64,000 nucleotides of DNA from an uncultured Chloroflexia bacterium (GTDB lineage Bacteria; Chloroflexota; Limnocylindria; Limnocylindrales; CSP1-4): contig CAVQQU010000005.1 in NCBI GenBank assembly GCA_963715085.1, positions 30,538 through 94,537 on the forward strand. The letters are read 5' to 3'. Position 1 is the first letter of the stretch. Every line of letters starts with the position of its first letter. The position numbers and the translations under genes were made by a program. This document shows, one piece after another, positions 54,496 to 64,000 of the stretch. The notes under the pieces were generated by a model. That model ran no database searches. It was given only the letters and a program-made list of their open reading frames with translations, and was not told the DNA's origin.

Positions 54496-57400
54496 ATGCA
54501 GCTCCTCGACGGCAAGCCCGTCTATTCCGCCACGGACCTCGTCGGCTTCCTCGCCTGCGGCCACCGCTTCGAGCTGGAGCGGGCGGCGCTCGCCGGCCTC
54601 GTGAAGAAGCCCATCCGCAGCGACCCCACCATCGAGCTGATCCAGGAGCGCGGGTACGAGCACGAGCGCCGGTACCTCGATGACCTGCGGGCGACCGGCC
54701 GCACGATCGTCGAGATCCCCCGCGACGGCTCCACGGCGAACACGCGCGAGGGCCTGCGGGAGGCTGCGGCCGCGACCGTCGACGGCGATGCGCGCCGGCG
54801 CAGACGTCGTTTACCAGGCGACGTTCTTCGACGAAGCCTGGCGCGGCCACGCCGACTTCCTCCTGCGGGTCGACCACGCGGCGGGCGAGCCATCGAGCGC
54901 CTTCGGCGCCTGGCACTACGAGGTCGCCGACACGAAGCTGGCCCGGCACGTGAAGGCCGGCGCCGTCCTCCAGATCTGCTCGTACGTCGACCAGCTGGAG
55001 CGGATCCAGGGGCGTCGGCCGGAGGAGCTCCACGTCGCCCTCGGGGGCAGCGCCCGCGAGACGGTCAGCCTCCGCGTCGACGACTACATGGCCTACTACC
55101 GGCGCGTCAAGGCCGACTTCCTGGCGGCCGCCGACGAGGTGGCCGTTGGCCCACCGGTCTACCCGCCGGCCGCCACGTACCCCGAACCCGTCGAGCACTG
55201 CGACGTCTGCCGCTGGTGGTCCGACTGCGTCGATCGCCGCCGGATCGACGACGACCTGAGCCTCGTCGCCGGCATCAGCTCGCGCCAGCGCCGCGGCCTC
55301 AAGGACGGCGAGGCGGGGTCGAAGCCGGGGCGGATCGCTACCCGGCGCGGGCTCGCGGCACTGGATGTCGCCGGCCTGCCGAAGCTCGACTGGAGCAGCC
55401 GCCCCGCCCTCGAGCGCGTCCGCGAGCAGGCCAGGATCCAGGTGGAGGGCGAGGATCGCGGCGAGATGCTCTGGGAGCTGCTCGAGCCCCAGTGGACGGC
55501 CGGCGCCGCGGCGGAGGGCGCCGCGAGAGCCGCCAACGCGGCGCCCGGCGCGCGGACGCTCGTGCCGGACCGGGGCTTCCTCGTCCTGCCCGAGCCGTCG
55601 CCGCACGACCTCTTCCTCGACCTCGAGGGCGACCCGTTCGCCTTCGACGACGGCATCGACTACCTCTTCGGCGTGCTCGATCCCTCGACCGCCGAGGACG
55701 ACCGTCCGGTGGGCCACCGCGGGCGGCGGCGGGGCCGACGGCGCAGGTGCCGGTGACCGTCCGAACGCCGGCGCTGGGGCGCCCGTCCCCCGGTTCGTCG
55801 CCTTCTGGAGCCGCGACGCCGAGGGGCTGGTCACCCTCGCCGCGGAGAAGGCCGCCTTCGAGCGCCTGATGGACTTCCTCATCGCCCGTCTCGACGCGGA
55901 TCCCGACGCTCCACGTCTACCACTACGCCGCGTACGAGAAGACCGCCCTCGCGCGCCTCGCCCAGCGCCACGCGACCCGCGAGGAGGAGGTCGACCGGCT
56001 GCTCCGCGGCCGCGTCCTCGTCGACCTCTTCCGCGTCGTCCGGCAGGGGATCCGGGCCAGCGTCGAGAGCTACTCGATCAAGCGCCTCGAGCCCCTCTAC
56101 GGCCTCACCCGCGAGGTCGCCCTGAAGGACGCGGGGAGCAGCATCGTCCAGTTCGAGACCTGGCTCGGCCGCGGCGCCACCGCCGAGGGCCTCGTCGGCG
56201 ACGAGATCCTGCGCGGGATCGAGGGCTACAACCGCGACGACGTCGTGAGCACGTGGCGCCTGCGCGACTGGCTCGAGGCCCGCCGGCTCGACCTCGGGGA
56301 GCGGCTCGGCATCGGAGATCCCGCGGCCGCCGCTGCAGCCGGAGGCCGCCGAGCCGGCCGAGCCCGAGGGGCGCGCCGCCGAGGTCGCCGAGGTGGTGGC
56401 GGCGCTGACGCGCGACCTCGAGGGCGTGGACCTCGCCGCCCCGACGACGACCGACGAGCAGCGGGCGACGTGGCTCCTGGCCCAGCTGCTCGGCTGGCAC
56501 CGGCGCGAGAACAAGGCGTTCTGGTGGCGCTACTACGAGCTGTGCGGCATGGCCGACGCCGACCTCGTCGACGAGCGCGAGCCGATCGGCATGGTCGAGC
56601 TCGACGCCGACCTCGGCCAGGCGAGCAGGAACGGCGCCCGCCTCCAGCGCTTCCGCTTCCCGCCCCAGGACCATGGCGCGAAGGTGGGCCGCGCAGGTCG
56701 ACGACCCGCGCACCCAGGCGTCCGTCGGCACGTCGACGGAGGTGGACGACCTGGCCGGCACCGATCACGATCTACCGGACGAAGAAGCAGCTCGAGCGCG
56801 GGCACGCCGGCGTCGCTCATCCCGAACGACTTCGTGCGGACGACCGTCATCGAGGACTCCCTGCTGCGGATCGGCCGGTGGGTGGCGGAGGAGGGGATCG
56901 CCGCGGGCGCCGGCGACGCGTACCGTGCCGGGCGCGAGCCCTCGACGCTACCGCGACCGCCGGCGCGCGAGCTCCTGCTTCGACGACCGCCCGCGGATCG
57001 CCGGCGGCGCGCCCGGCGCGCCTGCTCCGCGCCGCCGACGAGAGCCCCGCTCGACGCCGCCGTGCGAATCGCCCTCGCCCTCGACGGCGGCACGCTCGCC
57101 ATCCAGGGTCCGCCCGGCACCGGCAAGACGTACACCGGGGCGCGGATGATCCTCGCCCTCGTCGCCGCGGGCAAGACCGTGGGCGTGACCGCCAACAGCC
57201 ACAAGGTGATCGGCAACGTGCTCGACGCCGTCGTCGCGGCGGCGAAGGAGACGGGCGCCCGGACGGCGACCGGGACGCGCATCGTCATCGGCCAGAAGCC
57301 GGCCGGCGACGAGGAGCCCGCATGCGCCGATGCCGAGCCGCTCGGGCGACGCGCGCGACATCGCGGCCGCCCTGGCCGCCGGCACGCTCCACGTCGTCGG

Positions 57401-58303
57401 GGGCACGGCCTGGCTCTGGTCCGCGCCCGCCATGGCGGGGAGCGTCGACGTCCTCCTCGTCGACGAGGCCGGCCAGTTCAGCCTCGCCAACACCGTGGCT
57501 GTCTCGCCCGCCGGCCGCTCGCTCGTGCTCCTCGGCGACCCCCAGCAGCTCGACCAGCCCCTCAAGGGGAGCCACCCGCCCGGCGCCGAGCGGAGCGCCC
57601 TGGCCCATCTCCTCGCCGGCGCCCCGGGCGAGCCGCCGCACGCCACCATGCCGCCCGAGCGCGGCCTCTTCCTCGAGAAGACGTGGCGCCTCCATCCCGC
57701 GATCTGCGCCTACACGAGCGAGCTCTTCTACGCGTCGCAGCTGCATCCGATCGAGGGGCTCGAGCGCCAGGCGCGTCGCGAGGCCGCGACCGGCTCGCGG
57801 CGACCGGCATCCGCTGGCTGCCCGTCGCGCACGCCGGCAACGACACCCGACTCGATCGAGGAGGCCGGGGCGATCGTCGAGGTCGTCCGCGACCTGCTCG
57901 ACGGCGACGCCCGCTGGACGAACCGCGCACGGGGTCGAGGCGCCGCTGCGGCTCGAGGACATCGTGATCGTCGCGCCGTACAACGCCCACGTCGACCAGA
58001 TCGCCGCGACGCTCGCGTGCGGCGGGCTTCGCCGGCGCGCGCGTCGGCACGGTCGACAAGTTCCAGGGCCAGGAGGCGCCGCTCTCGATCTACGCGATGG
58101 GCTCGTCCTCGCCCGAGGACGCGCCGCGCGGCATGGAGTTCCTCTACTCGCTCAACCGGCTCAACGTGGCCACCTCGCGCGCCCGCTGCGTGGCGCTCGT
58201 CGTGGCGTCGCCCGCGCTCGTCCGCGTCTCGTGCGCGACGCCGCGCCAGATGCAGCTGGCGAACGCGCTCTGCCGGCTCGTCGAGGTGGCGACGCCGGTG
58301 TAG
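54496..58303 (+). pseudogene. TM0106-type RecB-like nuclease fused to SF1 (DNA2/Upf1-like) helicase, at least 10 frame changes
   Basis: MQLLDGKPVYSATDLVGFLACGHRFELE...; ...YEVADTKLAR...LQICSYVDQL...CDVCRWW; FLDLEGDPF...; HVYHYAAYEKTAL...; Walker A IQGPPGTGKTY; VLLVDEAGQ; LLGDPQQLDQP; WRLHPAICAYTSELFY; IVAPYNAHV...; LNRLNVATSRAR. Confidence 0.8.
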
Positions 58304-58360
58304 GGCGCCGCCGCGCCGGCCTCGTGTCCGGTCGTCCGGCAATGTGCTACCATGTGCTAC

Positions 58361-58739
58361 ATGGCGGGATCGGACGAGTCGGAAGGTCGCCCGCGCAAGC
58401 GTCCGCGTACCCGCCCCGGGCGAGCACGGCCCCGAGCGCCGGTGCGGGCGACGCCCGCACGCGTGGGCGTCCGCGAGCTGCGCCAGAACCTGTCCGTCTA
58501 CCTGCGCCGGGTGGAGGCCGGCGAGACGCTCGAGGTGACCGAGCACGGCCACCCGGTCGCGCGCCTCACGCCGCTGCCGCCGGAGCGGATGAGCGTGCTC
58601 GACCGGATGATCGCCGAGGGCAGGGCCTACCCGGGCAAGGGCGGCAACCTGGCCGACCTCGGCCCGCCGATCGACATCGGGCCCGGGCCCGACGCTGTCG
58701 GAGGTGCTCCAGCAGATGCGCGACGAGGACGATCGGTGA
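58361..58739 (+). pseudogene. Phd/YefM-type antitoxin, C-terminus displaced by one frameshift near 58680-58692 (ORF now runs into vapC)
   Basis: RVGVRELRQNLSVYLRRVEAGETLEVTEHGHPVARLTPL is in frame with the toxin ORF. The natural end TLSEVLQQMRDEDDR-TGA is in the next frame and overlaps the toxin GTG (GTGA at 58736-58739). Start uncertain (58361 or the GTG at 58439). Confidence 0.7.
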
Positions 58740-59128
58740 CGGTCTACCTCGACGCGTCGGCGCTCGTGAAGCTGGTGGCGCCCGAAGCCGAGTCGGAGGC
58801 GTTGGCGTCATTCGTCGCCGACCACCGGTCGCAGTCGACGAGCGTGGTCGGTCTCGTGGAAGTCCGGCGAGCCGCCGCTCGCCGCTTGGGAGTCGCCGAA
58901 GCGCGCGTGGAGGATGTCCTCGAACGCGTCGTCGGGATCGCGTTCGATCCGGATGTCGCGGCCGCCGCGGCGACGATCGGGTCGACGACGCTCCGCACCC
59001 TCGACGCGATTCAACTCGCGTCTGCCGCGGCACTCGGCACGGACCTGGAGGCGTTCGTTACGTACGACTTCCGCCTGGCGGATGCGGCCCGGGCGCTTGG
59101 CATGCGGGTGGCGTCGCCCGGCGTCTGA
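58736..59128 (+). CDS. vapC: PIN-domain toxin (VapC family)
   Basis: VTVYLDASALVKLV...EVRRAA...TLDAIQLASAA...FVTYDFRLADAARALG has the typical PIN acidic residues. Confidence 0.8.
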   Translation: MTVYLDASALVKLVAPEAESEALASFVADHRSQSTSVVGLVEVRRAAARRLGVAEARVEDVLERVVGIAFDPDVAAAAATIGSTTLRTLDAIQLASAAALGTDLEAFVTYDFRLADAARALGMRVASPGV

Positions 59129-59242
59129 GGCGGCGGTCACGCGCGACCCCGACACGAAGCGAGGCCCCGCCGGCGGACCGGCAGGGCCTCGTGTCACTGG
59201 GGCGATGGGGGCGGCCGCTCCGCGGGGGGCGGCCGCGGACTG

Positions 59243-62261
<3,019 letters not shown>

Positions 62262-62566
62262 GTTCCCTCCAACGTGGATCTCGCGATCCGATCGCCTCAT
62301 GCCCGCGCCGCGCTCGGGGCCCCTGGGAGGGCACGGCCGAGGCGCGCAGGTCACCAACTGCCGGCGTGGGACGCCACCGGCGCAGGAGGCGAACCTACCG
62401 CACTGGTGCGTCCCCTGCCTGTCGGGTGCGCATCATTGGCCCCCGACGGGTGGTCCCGCATGCGCAATTGGTGCGTCGGCGCACCGGTTCCTGCCAGGCG
62501 CCACCGGCGGCACCGTGGGATCGCCGCCGGCCCGACCGCCCCGCCGGCCCGACCGCCCGCGGCTAC

Positions 62567-63080
62567 CTACCCGACGTCGCGCCAGTCGTCGGGCGGCGGG
62601 AGGGCGGCGCTGTCGCCGCGGTGCCACGCGCGGCTCCGCGCGGCCTCCTCGACGCGTCGCGCCGATTCGATCATGGACGCCCTGGTGGATTCGCCGCGCA
62701 GTGCGGTGTCCCGGCGGCGGATGAGCGCGTCGAGGCGCTTCTGGGCGTGGTCCAGCGCCTCGGCCGCCGCGACGCAGGCCGGGCTCGTGCTCGCCGGGAG
62801 TGGCGAGGGCTGCGAACGCGTCCCGCCGCTCCACGTGGGCCTGGGTGGCTTCGGCGATCTGCTCCTCGAGGCGGGGGAACCACCGGGCGCGCGCCGCGGA
62901 TGCCTCCTCGTGGGCCTCGACAGCCTCGTCGCACGAGGGGCTGGCGTGCTCGATCGCCCGCCGGAAGCGTTCGATGGCGTGGCGCAGGGTCTCCTCGTCC
63001 GCATCGTCCGGCCGGGTGGGTTCCGGGCCGAGCGAGCCGGGACGCGGGAGATCAGGTGTGGGTTCGCGGTCCTCTGTCAC
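62567..63080 (-). pseudogene. Hypothetical helical protein, one apparent frameshift near 62800
   Basis: VTEDREPTPDL...ETLRHAIERFRRAIEHASPSCDEAVEAHEEASAARARWFPRLEEQIAEATQAHVERRDAFAAL continues in another frame as ...ACVAAAEALDHAQKRLDALIRRRDTALRGE... No family is recognised. Confidence 0.3.
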
Positions 63081-63225
63081 GACTCCATTCTCGCGCACGG
63101 GGCCGGCCGAAACAGGGGCGCTCTGCGATACGTGGCAGGTGAGTGACCCGACGTAGGCTTCGACAGGGCCCACAGGCCCAGGCGGCCGTGGTCCAACCCG
63201 GCGAACGGGATAGTCGAAGTCGCCC

Positions 63226-63258
63226 AATGCGTCCGGTGACGCCCTCACCGGACGCATT
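63226..63258. other. Perfect 14-bp inverted repeat with 5-nt loop
   Basis: AATGCGTCCGGTGA-CGCCC-TCACCGGACGCATT, lying in a divergent intergenic region 13 nt before a TTGACA box. Confidence 0.8.
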
Positions 63259-63270
63259 GCCTGAGAACCG

Positions 63271-63299
63271 TTGACATCTTGATGCAGGTACTAGATGCT
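63271..63299 (+). promoter_or_regulatory. Sigma70-like promoter of the vapBC module
   Basis: TTGACA at 63271-63276, with TAGATG/GATGCT 15-17 nt downstream. The GTG start at 63307 is very close, so the transcript may be near-leaderless. Confidence 0.4.
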
Positions 63300-63306
63300 T
63301 TGATGC

Positions 63307-63552
63307 GTGAGGACCACCATCAAGATCGATGACACGCTGCTCGCCGAGGCGAAGTCGCGAGCTGCGGACTCCGGCCGAACCCTCAACAGGGTGGTCGAGG
63401 ACGCTCTCAGGGAGTCATTCGCCCGGCGCGCGGTCGCCGACCCCGCGGCTCGGCCGAAGCTGCCGGTCTTCCGAGGGGCACGGCTGGTGCCCGGCGTTGA
63501 TCTCGACGACAGCGCCGCGCTGCTCGAGCAGATGGAGAGGGCCGAACGCTGA
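63307..63552 (+). CDS. vapB: VapB-type (ribbon-helix-helix-like) antitoxin
   Basis: MRTTIKIDDTLLAEAKSRAADSGRTLNRVVEDALRESF... is the typical antitoxin N-terminus. It lies immediately upstream of a PIN toxin. Confidence 0.8.
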   Translation: MRTTIKIDDTLLAEAKSRAADSGRTLNRVVEDALRESFARRAVADPAARPKLPVFRGARLVPGVDLDDSAALLEQMERAER

Positions 63553-63983
63553 TCCTGCTCGACGTCAACGTGCTCGTCCAGGCGTTCCACGAGGGGGCTC
63601 CACGACACCGGGAGTACCGCGCCTGGCTCTCGTCGGCGGTCGCCTCGGATGAGCCGTTCGGCCTCTCCGATCTCGTCCTCAGCGGGTTCATCCGGGTGGC
63701 CACGCATCCGCGCGTCTTTGACCCCCCGGCGCCGATCGGCGAGGCCCTCGCCTTTGCCGAGGCGCTGCGATCGCAGCCGAACGCCGTTGCCGTCTCGCCG
63801 GGTTCCCGCCACTGGGAGATCTTCGACCGTCTGTGCCGTTCCGTGGAGGCTCGTGGCAACCTGGTCCCGGATGCCTACCTGGCCGCGCTGGCGATCGAAT
63901 CCGGCAGCGAATGGATCACCGCGGACCGGGACTTCAGCCGATTCCCGGGTCTCCGCTGGCGCCATCCACTCGCCGAGGGATGA
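63549..63983 (+). CDS. vapC: PIN-domain toxin (VapC family)
   Basis: (L)ILLDVNVLVQAFHEG...SDLVLSGFIRVATHP...DAYLAALAIESGSEWITADRDFSRFPGL. The N-terminus ILLDVNVL is conserved, but only a CTG (63549, overlapping the vapB stop as CTGA) or the GTG at 63570 is available as a start. Confidence 0.75.
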   Translation: MILLDVNVLVQAFHEGAPRHREYRAWLSSAVASDEPFGLSDLVLSGFIRVATHPRVFDPPAPIGEALAFAEALRSQPNAVAVSPGSRHWEIFDRLCRSVEARGNLVPDAYLAALAIESGSEWITADRDFSRFPGLRWRHPLAEG

Positions 63984-64000
63984 TCCCCGCCGATCGGGGC

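Overview
This is a very GC-rich bacterial chromosomal segment. Gene content looks Actinobacteria- or Chloroflexi-like, but the taxon cannot be fixed from this window. All calls rest on reading the six-frame translations and the DNA by eye; no searches were run.

Layout:
- 0-9.7 kb: housekeeping-type genes (LysM protein, TPM/DUF2207, lysA, holin-like membrane protein, proline-racemase family, GntR). Several of them switch reading frame mid-gene.
- 8.3-17 kb: a GH57-centred glycogen cluster (GH57/DUF3536, GH57 glucanotransferase-like, glgP, glgA). Everything in it is intact except the first gene.
- 17-27 kb: methyltransferase, DUF2277, SRPBCC, GH18, a polyferredoxin plus small partner, an OmpR/histidine-kinase pair, and a CMD-methyltransferase fusion.
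- 27.1-33.5 kb: tRNA-Gly(UCC), followed by a 6.2 kb insert bracketed by 65-bp direct repeats of the tRNA 3' half. The insert carries one intact 1,882-codon exported gene (RCC1-like propeller, C-type lectin, Ig-like repeats).
- 33-45.6 kb: a neighbourhood of exported proteins and lipoproteins.
- 46.8-62.3 kb: cysK, cysE, DUF4395, a cyclase-ATPase-TPR giant, a RecB-nuclease/SF1-helicase giant and an S8 protease. All are shattered by many frameshifts and are interleaved with two VapC toxin-antitoxin modules.

Most interesting signal: an ~80-nt conserved leader that can form a pseudoknot. It occurs four times, plus one divergent relative, always on the sense strand just upstream of the ribosome-binding site of unrelated genes. 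I could not match it to any riboswitch class from memory.

No rRNA, CRISPR array, transposase or integrase was seen.
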